Positions 18,081 to 26,831 of a stretch of DNA of 64,000 nt are shown in pieces. The notes under the pieces were generated by a model. The model did no database searches and was not told the DNA's origin. It saw only the letters and a program-made list of their open reading frames with translations. The stretch is taken from positions 6,979-70,978 of the forward strand of contig JAFTFC010000001.1 in assembly GCA_017449725.1 (NCBI GenBank), read 5' to 3'. Each line of letters starts with the position of its first letter. Within the stretch, counting starts at the first letter, position 1. This stretch comes from Prevotella sp. (GTDB lineage Bacteria; Bacteroidota; Bacteroidia; Bacteroidales; Bacteroidaceae). Position numbers and translations under genes: made by a program.

Positions 18081-19226
18081 ATGAACAATATAGAGAACAT
18101 ATCAGACCCAAACAAACTGGTGGACGCCTTTAATAAGGCGGCTGCTGGCAGTATATGGAAAAGTTCGGTACAAAAATACGAAGTAAACCTGCTGAAGAAC
18201 ATTCGCAAAACGCAACTCGCGCTAGAGAATGGCACATACAAGCAGGGTGATTTTTTAGAGTTTGAACTTAACGAGAGGGGTCATAACAGGAGGATTAAGG
18301 CTCTCGGAATCGCGGACAGGGTAGTGCAGCGCGCTCTCTGTGACGAGGTTCTGATTCCGGCTTTAACTAAATATATGATATACGATAATGGTGCTTCGCA
18401 AAAGAATAAAGGTGTAGACTTCTGCCGGCGTCGGTTGGAGACTCACTTGCATAAATACTACCGTCAATATGGCAATGACGGCTATTTTTTACACGTAGAC
18501 TTCCGCAAGTTCTTCGACAATATACGCCACGATAAACTTATAGCGGCGTTCGAGGCTAAACTAGGCTCTGGCGGCGTTATGCCGGTGCTAGAAGAAATGA
18601 TAAAGTCGTTCCGCGTAGATATATCGTACTCGGACGAGGATTTGCTGAATCAAGTTTTTAATTCGATGGAATACGCCAGAATCCCGCAGTCTAAAAAGAC
18701 CGGTAAGCGTTATATGGCAAAATCCATGGGGATTGGCTCGCAGATTTCGCAGGTAGCAGGCGTATTCTTCCCTAGCCGAATCGACACGTATTGTAAGGTC
18801 GTACGCGGCTGTAAATACTACGGGCGCTACATGGACGACATCTACATCATACATCACGATAAAGACTTCCTACGCAGCGTTTTAGAGGGCATACGCGAGC
18901 AATCTGCGGAGATAGGGCTGTTCATAAACGAAAAGAAAACACAGTTGCAGAAACTCCAGCACGGCTTTACGTTCCTCAAGGTAAAATATAACCTAACGGA
19001 GACCGGCAAGATAATAAAACGCCCGTCACGCGACAATATCACGCGCCAGAGGCGAAAAATGAAGAAGTTTAAGCACTTGGTAGAGGAGGGGAGAATGTCG
19101 CAAGAGGACGCTCGCAACGAGGTCAAGTCATGGCTCGGCTCGAATAAGAAACTCAATGCTTACCGGACGTGCCAGAATATACGAAAATTATACAAGGATT
19201 TATTTTACGAGGATTTGGACATATAG
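18081..19226 (+). CDS. DGR reverse transcriptase
   Basis: DRVVQRAL, DFRKFFDNI, GIGSQISQ, YGRYMDD and GFTFL motifs; start at 18081 preferred over TTG 18033. Confidence 0.95.
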   Translation: MNNIENISDPNKLVDAFNKAAAGSIWKSSVQKYEVNLLKNIRKTQLALENGTYKQGDFLEFELNERGHNRRIKALGIADRVVQRALCDEVLIPALTKYMIYDNGASQKNKGVDFCRRRLETHLHKYYRQYGNDGYFLHVDFRKFFDNIRHDKLIAAFEAKLGSGGVMPVLEEMIKSFRVDISYSDEDLLNQVFNSMEYARIPQSKKTGKRYMAKSMGIGSQISQVAGVFFPSRIDTYCKVVRGCKYYGRYMDDIYIIHHDKDFLRSVLEGIREQSAEIGLFINEKKTQLQKLQHGFTFLKVKYNLTETGKIIKRPSRDNITRQRRKMKKFKHLVEEGRMSQEDARNEVKSWLGSNKKLNAYRTCQNIRKLYKDLFYEDLDI

Positions 19227-19264
19227 CAAGTCCGTGTTATAATAAAATATGAGGAGAATAAAAA

Positions 19265-19543
19265 ATGGAAGAACAAGAAACTCTATATCTATTCAAAAAT
19301 GAATACGAAATACAAGCCTACGCAGGAGAAGTCCTGACGAAACGTGTCGGTGATATTATCGTAGAAACGATTGTCTCACCAACCGTAGAACAATTAAAAG
19401 ACTTTGGCTACAAGCCTCTTAAAAACACCGAGCGCCCAGTAGAAAAGCCGGGCTACGCTATCGAAACTTACTACGAGAACCAGCCAGAAGTTATATTGCA
19501 GTGCTATCGCTACGTGAAAATTGACGAAGAAGACGCAGAATAA
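19265..19543 (+). CDS. Hypothetical protein
   Basis: TGTTATAAT promoter and GAGGAG RBS. Confidence 0.7.
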   Translation: MEEQETLYLFKNEYEIQAYAGEVLTKRVGDIIVETIVSPTVEQLKDFGYKPLKNTERPVEKPGYAIETYYENQPEVILQCYRYVKIDEEDAE

Positions 19544-19574
19544 ATAAAGCCCCTCTTTCGAGGGGTCTTTATTA
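19543..19574. terminator. Bidirectional intrinsic terminator
   Basis: AATAAAGCCCCTC-TTTC-GAGGGGTCTTTATT between convergent genes. Confidence 0.8.
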
Positions 19575-19922
19575 TTTCTTATGCAGGTCTGCGAAGTTTT
19601 TTGCTTTTTGCTGCGCTATTTCTTCCTGCGTCCATACTTGCACCACTCCCTCTTTGTTCTCGTCGGAGGGGTCGAAAGTACATACGATGGTCGGGTCGTT
19701 TGGAATCAGTTTGTCCATTACTAGCGACGCTCTGATATACTCTGACGCTAGACCAAACGAGGCTTTGGCTTGTACCTCGCGAATCGTCTTTGCCATATTT
19801 GAATCTTTACGCGCTTTCATTTGAACTGCGGCGTTTGCGGTGGCATAATCAAGCCCTGCGAACGTCGAATATATTAGTTTTAAGTACCCTATCTCGTGGG
19901 GTTTTAGGCTAAACTCTTTCAT
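19572..19922 (-). CDS. Hypothetical protein
   Basis: Start MKEFSL with GGAGG RBS and ATGA coupling. Confidence 0.7.
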   Translation of the reverse strand: MKEFSLKPHEIGYLKLIYSTFAGLDYATANAAVQMKARKDSNMAKTIREVQAKASFGLASEYIRASLVMDKLIPNDPTIVCTFDPSDENKEGVVQVWTQEEIAQQKAKNFADLHKK

Positions 19923-20095
19923 GCGTCCTCCCATTCTTTATTAAGTTTGTCTAGTGAATCATAGAAGTAGTCTGTATGGCTCGTCTCGGTGCCTTTATAG
20001 TGGTATACACGCAGGCAGATTGGCATAGCCGGAATACTGCTTACTACGGTTTGTGCGGTGTATATTTCGTCTTCTCCGCGGTGTTTTACGTTCAT
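19919..20095 (-). CDS. Small hypothetical protein (58 aa, below ORF-track cutoff)
   Basis: MNVKHRGEDE...EWEDA; AAGGAG RBS; ATGA overlaps at both ends. Confidence 0.65.
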   Translation of the reverse strand: MNVKHRGEDEIYTAQTVVSSIPAMPICLRVYHYKGTETSHTDYFYDSLDKLNKEWEDA

Positions 20096-20319
20096 TTTCT
20101 CTCCTTTATGAACCCGTACTCGACTGACTCTTTCGGGTAGTGTTTGATAAAATCTGGGTTTGGCTTCCCGTCCGGCGTATATGGCTGTATTAGGTCTACA
20201 TCGTGCTTCTGATATTCCATCATGCGCCGTGAGGTTTGAGTCTGCTTCGCCAGTGGCGGGAGTTTGGTGCCTCCCGCCTTTTCGTCTGGGTAGTATTTGC
20301 CATTACGCAGCACTCCCAT
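20092..20319 (-). CDS. Hypothetical protein
   Basis: MGVLRNGKYY start with GGGAG RBS; coupled within the operon. Confidence 0.65.
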   Translation of the reverse strand: MGVLRNGKYYPDEKAGGTKLPPLAKQTQTSRRMMEYQKHDVDLIQPYTPDGKPNPDFIKHYPKESVEYGFIKERK

Positions 20320-20629
20320 ATTCTGCTCCCTCTTGTATCTTCTTAAAGTTCTCGTTGCGGATTTCGTCCGGAGTCTTTGGCACAATGATATGCTTGGTAG
20401 ATTGGTAGATTTCTTTAGGCTTCTCGAACGGGTCTGTCACCTTTGCCGGAGTTGCCTTTACCTCGTCTATTTCGTCGCGCAAGCCACGTGCTACGTCGAA
20501 TAGGTGGGCTACTAGGTCTTTAGTGTCCATAACGTCCTCGTCGATTCTACGAATAAACGCCAGAATCGCAGCGAACAATATAGTTATACAGATTGCCAGA
20601 ACGATTGCTACTGCTAGTGCTATTCCCAT
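20303..20629 (-). CDS. N-terminally membrane-anchored hypothetical protein
   Basis: Hydrophobic N-terminus followed by coiled coil. Confidence 0.7.
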   Translation of the reverse strand: MGIALAVAIVLAICITILFAAILAFIRRIDEDVMDTKDLVAHLFDVARGLRDEIDEVKATPAKVTDPFEKPKEIYQSTKHIIVPKTPDEIRNENFKKIQEGAEYGSAA

Positions 20630-22146
20630 ACTCTGTCCTTAAAGACCAACGCTCTCGTGGTCGTGATTAGTTGCGCTACGACGGAGTGGCTATTTATCAC
20701 TGCCTCGCGGATTACGATTGCTGGGTCAATGATGTTTGCCCGAATCATATTTTTGCTCTCGTGAGTCAATAAATTATAGCCCTCGCCCGGATTGTATTTT
20801 GCTTTTAGTAGTTCTGGCTTTGCGTCAGAGTTTATTAAGAGGTCGTAGTATGGCAGGCGTAGGTACGGTAGTTTACGCTCGTCGCCGATGTCGCGCAAGC
20901 ATACACCACCACCAGCCACAACACCGCCTGTGAGGGCTGTTTTAGCCGCACACACGGCGTCGTCAATGCGGAGACGGGTTTCTTTACGTTCTGTGTCGGA
21001 ATTGCCGCCTACGTAGATATTAGCAATGGAAGCGGTCAATCTCGCAATGCGGTTCTCGTATTCTAGCCGGTGATTCGGAGCCACGGAATCGCGCTGCTTT
21101 TTGATTTTCTCGATAGCCTCTTTGAGTTCTTTGGAGTCTGCGCCTTTGCCACCGATAATAGTGGTTTGTTTGCGCGTGATAGTAGCACTGTCTACGCTAC
21201 CGCACATGGTAGGCTCCCAGTCTTTCGGTTCGCCTCGGAACACTTGCCCCTGCGTGTACAATGCCACGTCCTCCAGTACGTTTGAGAAAGCGTTTGCCGG
21301 CGGAGTGACTACCATAATGTCCAGCATGGGCTTTGGCAGCGTAGATAAGAACTTGAGCGCGTCATTTATCACGTTGCCGAATATAAGCACCTGCTTCGCT
21401 CTCGAGGCGTGTAGTTTCTCGATAATAGGTACGATTTCGTCCTGTCTCGATATAGTCGCGCCCAGAATCACTACCGGTACTTCTCGCAAGACTGATTCTT
21501 TAGAGGTTTGGTCGTTAAAAAACATTTCATCGGCTGCGCCTGCTTCGATATACACGCCGTCTACGAACTCCACGGAGGTTTCAGAGGTTCCGGTGTAGAT
21601 TACGTTTACGCCTCCGAACTCCCCTACATGAGAGATAACGTCATATACGAGCGCGCCTAGCCCCTCGTCTCCTGCGGAGATTTCGCATACGCCACGTAGG
21701 TTGCGGTCGTCGATTTTGGACTTGGTGCGAGCATTTATGCTAGATAGAATGGACGGCACGTACGAGCGGATTTCTCGAGCCGCTTCGGAGCGTGTCATTT
21801 TACGTTCGCTGATTAGGGTTTTCTCTGCATACTGGTATAAGTGATACGCCAGAATAGCGGAGAGCGTAGTGCCATCGCCTGCCGTGTCATTTGTACGCTT
21901 TGACGCTTGCTTGATTACGGAGATTGCGATGTCCTCTACTGCGTCGTCTACCTCGAGCGTGTTTATGTTAGTCACGCCATCATGTGAGATAGTTGGAGCG
22001 TCTGCGCGGTTTTCGATAATTACATTGCCGGACGCTGCGCCATAGGCGGCGGAGGCTACATTGAACACCTTTACTACTCCTCTAGTGATTCCCTCACGGA
22101 GTTTGTCTCCCTCTACGATTTCACGAGTGTATAATTGGTGACCCAT
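20620..22146 (-). CDS. groEL: Phage-encoded GroEL-like chaperonin
   Basis: ISHDGVT, TND.AGDGTT, LEDVA..T.G, RIARL, VGG...E.KE..LRIDDA, GVVAGGG and IIDPA.V motifs. Confidence 0.92.
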   Translation of the reverse strand: MGHQLYTREIVEGDKLREGITRGVVKVFNVASAAYGAASGNVIIENRADAPTISHDGVTNINTLEVDDAVEDIAISVIKQASKRTNDTAGDGTTLSAILAYHLYQYAEKTLISERKMTRSEAAREIRSYVPSILSSINARTKSKIDDRNLRGVCEISAGDEGLGALVYDVISHVGEFGGVNVIYTGTSETSVEFVDGVYIEAGAADEMFFNDQTSKESVLREVPVVILGATISRQDEIVPIIEKLHASRAKQVLIFGNVINDALKFLSTLPKPMLDIMVVTPPANAFSNVLEDVALYTQGQVFRGEPKDWEPTMCGSVDSATITRKQTTIIGGKGADSKELKEAIEKIKKQRDSVAPNHRLEYENRIARLTASIANIYVGGNSDTERKETRLRIDDAVCAAKTALTGGVVAGGGVCLRDIGDERKLPYLRLPYYDLLINSDAKPELLKAKYNPGEGYNLLTHESKNMIRANIIDPAIVIREAVINSHSVVAQLITTTRALVFKDRVWE

Positions 22147-22508
22147 TATTTCTCCTCCTTTAGCACTACGATTCGTCGGTCGATGGCTTTAACATCGTGT
22201 ACCCCGATAAACTCAACCATGATTGGTGATTCTTCGTCATTTAATTGCAACGGCACTTCTATTGCGTCGCTGTCGTCATACACAACGAGGTCTCCTTTAT
22301 TGACAGAGCGATATTCGGTCTCTGCGAATCCATTATCGAACTTGCCCGTGTGCCTCGTGAGAGTCTCCGGGTTCCCAATTATGACCTCACCGAATCCGTG
22401 CCGGTCGTATTTCTTCTCTGTGCGAACGATGTCGCTATTACCACGCAACGGTTTGACTACGATTACGTCGTATCTCAACTCGAGCGAGGAAGCCTTAATT
22501 GCTGGCAT
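22146..22508 (-). CDS. groES: Divergent GroES-like co-chaperonin
   Basis: Coupled upstream of groEL; D.IVVKP, GEVI.G, V..GD.VVY, EV and DV.AI pattern. Confidence 0.65.
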   Translation of the reverse strand: MPAIKASSLELRYDVIVVKPLRGNSDIVRTEKKYDRHGFGEVIIGNPETLTRHTGKFDNGFAETEYRSVNKGDLVVYDDSDAIEVPLQLNDEESPIMVEFIGVHDVKAIDRRIVVLKEEK

Positions 22509-22769
22509 AGTTTTTCTCCTTTCGTGCGTTATTTATCATATTTCGAGTTTACCACAAGCAATTCCGAAAGTCAACAACAAAAAATCGGCTCCGAGCCGTG
22601 TGGAAAGCCCCCAAAGAAACGCAAGAAAGGAGTTTAATTAGGGGCTTACCTCTATTCTACCACATTGAACAAAAAATTACCACAACAATTTTTTGACAGG
22701 GGTTTATGTTGTAAAAAAAACACACGTATTGACATTTTGAAACGCTTGTGCTATTTTAATCTAATTTCT

Positions 22770-22909
22770 AATAAGTAATACTAATAGTAGTAGTAGGGTC
22801 TGTGGAAAACTCAACATTTCGCCTCTGTCGTTCCCCTTATGTTTTTCTGTGGAAAACTTGTGCATAACTTGCTAAAAAGTGTGGATTTCGTGTGTAAAAG
22901 TGCGAAAAA
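22770..22909. promoter_or_regulatory. oriC-like replication origin (DnaA-trios plus DnaA boxes)
   Basis: AAT AAG TAA TAC TAA TAG TAG TAG TAG-GGTC-TGTGGAAAA, then boxes at 22848, 22859, 22880, 22891 and 22901; largest gene-free region, at the divergence point. Confidence 0.8.
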
Positions 22910-22955
22910 CATAACCATTTTCACCTTTTAATGAAATTGGTGGTATAATGGGCTT

Positions 22956-23315
22956 ATGAACGAACAAACACTCCAAATAATACTCGGCTTAATAACCATC
23001 GTCCCGACAATGACTACCATTGTCGTTTCTGTGTTCCAGAATAGCCAGAGACGCCGAGATAAAGAGGAGCAGCGCCGGCGCGACGAGCGCAATGCCGCTA
23101 AATCGTCAATCCAAAACATGATAACTCAAGACATTATAAGGGTAGAACTACTAGGGAAAATGCCGGAGAATCGAGACAATATCGAATCTGAATATACGAG
23201 GTACCATAAAAACGGAGGGAATGGCACCATCACCAGACAAGTACGCGAATACTTTGATTGGCTAGATGGACTCGCGCCGCGTAAACTTAATGTTGTAAAA
23301 AATACAACAATATAA
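22956..23315 (+). CDS. Putative holin-like membrane protein
   Basis: N-terminal TM segment and Y...GGNG motif seen in phage holin-like proteins. Confidence 0.55.
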   Translation: MNEQTLQIILGLITIVPTMTTIVVSVFQNSQRRRDKEEQRRRDERNAAKSSIQNMITQDIIRVELLGKMPENRDNIESEYTRYHKNGGNGTITRQVREYFDWLDGLAPRKLNVVKNTTI

Positions 23316-23358
23316 CAGAGATAGTCACATAAAATTGTGACTTTTTTGTGCAAAATGC

Positions 23359-23387
23359 TTGACATTAGGCTTTCGGTTTGATACAAT
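23359..23387 (+). promoter_or_regulatory. Sigma70-type early promoter with GCTTTCGGT spacer motif
   Basis: TTGACA-17-TACAAT. Confidence 0.8.
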
Positions 23388-23422
23388 GAAAGTATCATAG
23401 AAAAAGCAAGAAAGGAGAAACT

Positions 23423-23671
23423 ATGAAAAGAAAAATTGAAGTATGGGGAGCGAGAATCCTCTGTGACTCATTCGAGGAAGCACGTTATTACAACGGCAAC
23501 CGACAAGAAATAAAGGTACGCGGTCTAAAGACTTTCTACGAAGCGCAGCAAGCCAGATTCGCTAAACTCGCCGAGAAGTTTACCGACCCAATTACCAAAA
23601 TGTGTGTAGCCAGTACCGGCATGACACCAGAACAATATCAACTAACCCACCACAGAGCGTGGAACGAATAA
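23423..23671 (+). CDS. Hypothetical early protein
   Basis: AGAAAGGAG RBS. Confidence 0.75.
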   Translation: MKRKIEVWGARILCDSFEEARYYNGNRQEIKVRGLKTFYEAQQARFAKLAEKFTDPITKMCVASTGMTPEQYQLTHHRAWNE

Positions 23672-23680
23672 GGAGGAATC

Positions 23681-23911
23681 ATGAGTGTATGGCTTACAGA
23701 AGTAGTTATGGACGATGGCAAAATCGACTTTATTAACAACCCAGACGACGCAAAATGGCTCTTATCTCAACGTGACGAGTTCGAGTCAATGTGCGAAAAA
23801 GCGGAAGAATGCGTCGAGGATTACGAAGAATACGAGGAATATGCAGAAGAACACGAGGACGACGACGAACTATTATCGTTTGACGAATGGAGGCGACAAA
23901 AAAATGACTAA
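23681..23911 (+). CDS. Small acidic hypothetical protein
   Basis: AAGGAGG RBS; Asp/Glu-rich. Confidence 0.75.
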   Translation: MSVWLTEVVMDDGKIDFINNPDDAKWLLSQRDEFESMCEKAEECVEDYEEYEEYAEEHEDDDELLSFDEWRRQKND

Positions 23912-24296
23912 ATACGATATGAACTTACCTCTCCCCGTTGCAGACATGGACGGGGAGGAACGCAATATAATGGACGGATTATGGCAGGACTTTACAGTCA
24001 CCATGACGAATCTAGCGCACCTTATACTAGCAGACGACGCATACGAAAAAGAAGTCGAATATACGCACCGAGAAAACAAAGACGCGCCGGAATACATCAT
24101 TAAAAAGAGAATCAACCCTAGTTGTGGCTCGGTGATATTCCACGTCGGATTCGGTTATGGCGAGTACGTAGACATCTGCGTAGACGTAGAGCGTGTGATT
24201 CCGAGAGAGCATATAGAACTTATCTGCCACCATAAATTGAACGGATTATCAGCCATAGCAAAGAAGTTCTGCGAATTATATCGTAAAACTTCTTGA
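23904..24296 (+). CDS. Hypothetical protein
   Basis: Start MTKYDM with GGAGG RBS. Confidence 0.65.
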   Translation: MTKYDMNLPLPVADMDGEERNIMDGLWQDFTVTMTNLAHLILADDAYEKEVEYTHRENKDAPEYIIKKRINPSCGSVIFHVGFGYGEYVDICVDVERVIPREHIELICHHKLNGLSAIAKKFCELYRKTS

Positions 24297-24321
24297 CAAT
24301 AGGCTTACGGTTTGATAGAAT
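24293..24321 (+). promoter_or_regulatory. Sigma70-type promoter with GCTTACGGT spacer motif
   Basis: TTGACA-17-TAGAAT. Confidence 0.75.
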
Positions 24322-24353
24322 AGAGTCAGAACATTAACAAGAAAGGAGAAACA

Positions 24354-25169
24354 ATGACAAGCGAAAAAGTTAAAGCGGAACGCGCAGCGTACCACGAACG
24401 ACCGGAGTGGTCGTACTCGCAAATGAAAGTCATTTTAGATTCCGGTATAGATTATGCGGTTGCAAAGAAGATAGGAATGTTGCCCGCTCCCGAGTCTAAA
24501 GCGATTGACATAGGCAGTTTGGTACATCAAAGCGTCCTCGGCGGAGACGGCGAATATGTTGTCAGCCCATACCCAGATTATCGCACAAAGGCAGCGCGGG
24601 AATGGAAGCAGGAACAAATAGACGCTGGTAAAATCATATTGACCGAAGCCGAAGAACTTATGATAGGCGACATCGCAAAGAATATCAAGGAACACCCATA
24701 CTCGCAGCAATATCTTTACGGGGAGAAGATACAACACGAAGTAGAAATGTATGCGACGCTCGAGGGAATCCCAATGCGAGCCAAAGCCGACGCGATTCGC
24801 TTCTACGAGAACAACGAGAAATTGACTATTCTCGACCTCAAAACCACGTCGAAGTTCGATATGTTTAAGTGGACGAATATGCGGAATCACTACGACTTGC
24901 AATGTGCGGTTTACTCCGCGCTGGCGGCAGCGTCGATGGGGAAGAATCTGCTATCTGACATGGATTTTGTGGAGTATATCTTCTGCGTAGCAGAAGTGGT
25001 GCCTCCATATCGTGTACAGTACGCCACCGTGACGAAAGAATACGTCGAACACGGGCTTGATAAACTCAACGCCTGCGTGAAAGAGATTAAGGAGTGGAAT
25101 AAACGCGAGAGCAAGATTCCGAACTTCCAACTCACCGAGTGGCTAGAATTAGGAGACTTCTCGCAATAG
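24354..25169 (+). CDS. RecE/exonuclease VIII-like PD-(D/E)xK nuclease
   Basis: SYSQMK, GSLVH..VL, RAKADA, DLKTT and YDLQ.AVY motifs; adjacent to recT. Confidence 0.85.
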   Translation: MTSEKVKAERAAYHERPEWSYSQMKVILDSGIDYAVAKKIGMLPAPESKAIDIGSLVHQSVLGGDGEYVVSPYPDYRTKAAREWKQEQIDAGKIILTEAEELMIGDIAKNIKEHPYSQQYLYGEKIQHEVEMYATLEGIPMRAKADAIRFYENNEKLTILDLKTTSKFDMFKWTNMRNHYDLQCAVYSALAAASMGKNLLSDMDFVEYIFCVAEVVPPYRVQYATVTKEYVEHGLDKLNACVKEIKEWNKRESKIPNFQLTEWLELGDFSQ

Positions 25170-25171
25170 TA

Positions 25172-25201
25172 TTGACAAAAACCATAAGCGTATGATACAA
25201 T
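25172..25201 (+). promoter_or_regulatory. Sigma70-type promoter
   Basis: TTGACA-18-TACAAT. Confidence 0.65.
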
Positions 25202-25238
25202 GGTAGTATATTAACAATAACGCAAGAAAGGAGAGACA

Positions 25239-26036
25239 ATGGCTAACGAAAACGCAGTGCAGAAAAAGGTCACTGTTGCAACTCTCGCTCACAACGAGCA
25301 GTTTAATAAGCGCATTGAGGAGACTCTAGGACGCAGAACGCCGCAATTCATGACTTCTGTGACATCACTGGTGAACTCCAATAAGGCTTTTGAGAATTGC
25401 AACCCGTACGACATTTTCAACGCGTGTCTCGTTGCAGCCAGCATGAATCTTCCAGTAAATAAAGACTTGGGGCAGGCGTGGGTGATTCCTTATGGGAATA
25501 CCCCGCAACTCCAAATCGGCTGGAAAGGTTATGTACAACTCGCGCAGCGCTCCGGTTTATTCAAGACGATAAACACTACGGACGTACGCGAGGGAGAGAT
25601 TATTTCTCGAGACCTCATGACAGGTGAGTTCGAGTTTAAGTGGATTCAGGACGACTCGGAGAGGAATAAAAAACCGGTCGTCGGCTACTTGGCTTATTTC
25701 AAACTGTTAAACGGGTTCGAGAAGAATCTTTACATGACCGTAGAAGAATTGCAGGCTCACGGGGCTAAATACTCGAAAACCTATAAAAGCAGTTCGTCGG
25801 TATGGAAGACTGATTTTGCGGCTATGGCTAGCAAGACAGTTCTCAAACTCTTATTGAATCGCTATGCGCCTCTGGAAATAGACTCTGACCTAGCAAGAGC
25901 AATACAGGCAGACCAAGCGGACAGCGACGGAGATTATATCGACAACCCACGGAACATGGAAATCGTGGACGCTATGATGGGCAGTTCAGAAGAACAAGAC
26001 AATGCCGCGGAAGCGGAAGTAATAGAGGAGAAATAA
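25239..26036 (+). CDS. recT: RecT-family single-strand annealing protein
   Basis: LGQAWVIPY, QIGWKGYVQLAQRSG, VREGE and W..DF..MA.KTVLK motifs. Confidence 0.92.
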   Translation: MANENAVQKKVTVATLAHNEQFNKRIEETLGRRTPQFMTSVTSLVNSNKAFENCNPYDIFNACLVAASMNLPVNKDLGQAWVIPYGNTPQLQIGWKGYVQLAQRSGLFKTINTTDVREGEIISRDLMTGEFEFKWIQDDSERNKKPVVGYLAYFKLLNGFEKNLYMTVEELQAHGAKYSKTYKSSSSVWKTDFAAMASKTVLKLLLNRYAPLEIDSDLARAIQADQADSDGDYIDNPRNMEIVDAMMGSSEEQDNAAEAEVIEEK

Positions 26037-26037
26037 A

Positions 26038-26376
26038 ATGACAAATCCAAACGTAAGTTGCCACCACCTCGTAGAAAACTACGGACGTGCTAGAGCGGCA
26101 GAAATTATCACTCATGCAGTCACGCGCACAATCATTATCACTAAATGCGCAATGCGTGGAAAGAATCCAGTGTATAATGTGCTGCTCAAAGACCCAATCG
26201 CAGGCAAACTCATTATCAAAACCGACCACGTGCTGAAACTACAATATGTCGGCAAAGACCACTCCCGCCGTGACTGGTTCACAGCCGGAGAAGTAGCGTC
26301 AATGCGCAAAATTATGCCGGGCTTCGACAAGTATTACGAGGTGCGGAGGGCTGGCTATGCCAATGAAGAAGACTAG
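26038..26376 (+). CDS. Hypothetical protein
   Basis: GAGGAG RBS; operon context. Confidence 0.65.
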   Translation: MTNPNVSCHHLVENYGRARAAEIITHAVTRTIIITKCAMRGKNPVYNVLLKDPIAGKLIIKTDHVLKLQYVGKDHSRRDWFTAGEVASMRKIMPGFDKYYEVRRAGYANEED

Positions 26377-26548
26377 AGTAATCAGCGAGGAGGGTCGCCG
26401 TCGTATGCGAGAGGGGGGTCGTAAAGGCGGCAAGAACGGCACCGGTCATGTCGGATTCGCCGTTCTAAAAGAAAGAGACCCGAAACTGTTTAAGGAAATC
26501 TCCGCGCGCAATCGCCGGAGCCAGAAAGGAACCAGAGATGGAAAATAA
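26357..26548 (+). CDS. Small basic KGG-motif protein
   Basis: EGGRKGG...GFA...KEIS; GGAGG RBS. Confidence 0.6.
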   Translation: MPMKKTRVISEEGRRRMREGGRKGGKNGTGHVGFAVLKERDPKLFKEISARNRRSQKGTRDGK

Positions 26549-26831
26549 CAAAATCCCACAACTACCGCAGAATTGTAGAATGTACATAATAGACGGCAAG
26601 AGCGGTCTGCCAGTAGGCAGAATGGAGTTTTTAGTTGCGGACGGGCAGTTAGCAATGCAGGCGGAGCAACTAGAGCAGTTTTTCAGAGCGCAAGGCAATG
26701 ACATCAGAATAGTAGCGGGTGTGGCACCTATTCAACCAGAATTGGCGGAAATATCGTTAAAACTTGATAAGATTATCGAAATCATAGGAGGTAGTAATGA
26801 TAGAGATAAGGGCGCCGAGGTATCGCGATAG
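26538..26831 (+). CDS. Hypothetical protein
   Basis: AGAAAGGA RBS; overlapping operon. Confidence 0.6.
   Translation: MENNKIPQLPQNCRMYIIDGKSGLPVGRMEFLVADGQLAMQAEQLEQFFRAQGNDIRIVAGVAPIQPELAEISLKLDKIIEIIGGSNDRDKGAEVSR

Noticed and set aside
17849-18133. Asn-rich 94-aa ORF
   Set aside because: It is the translation of the AAC-rich DGR template repeat; TTG start with no RBS
18033-19226. RT as group II intron, retron or Abi RT
   Set aside because: The adjacent Avd, TR/VR pair and hairpin identify a DGR; no maturase/endonuclease extension is seen
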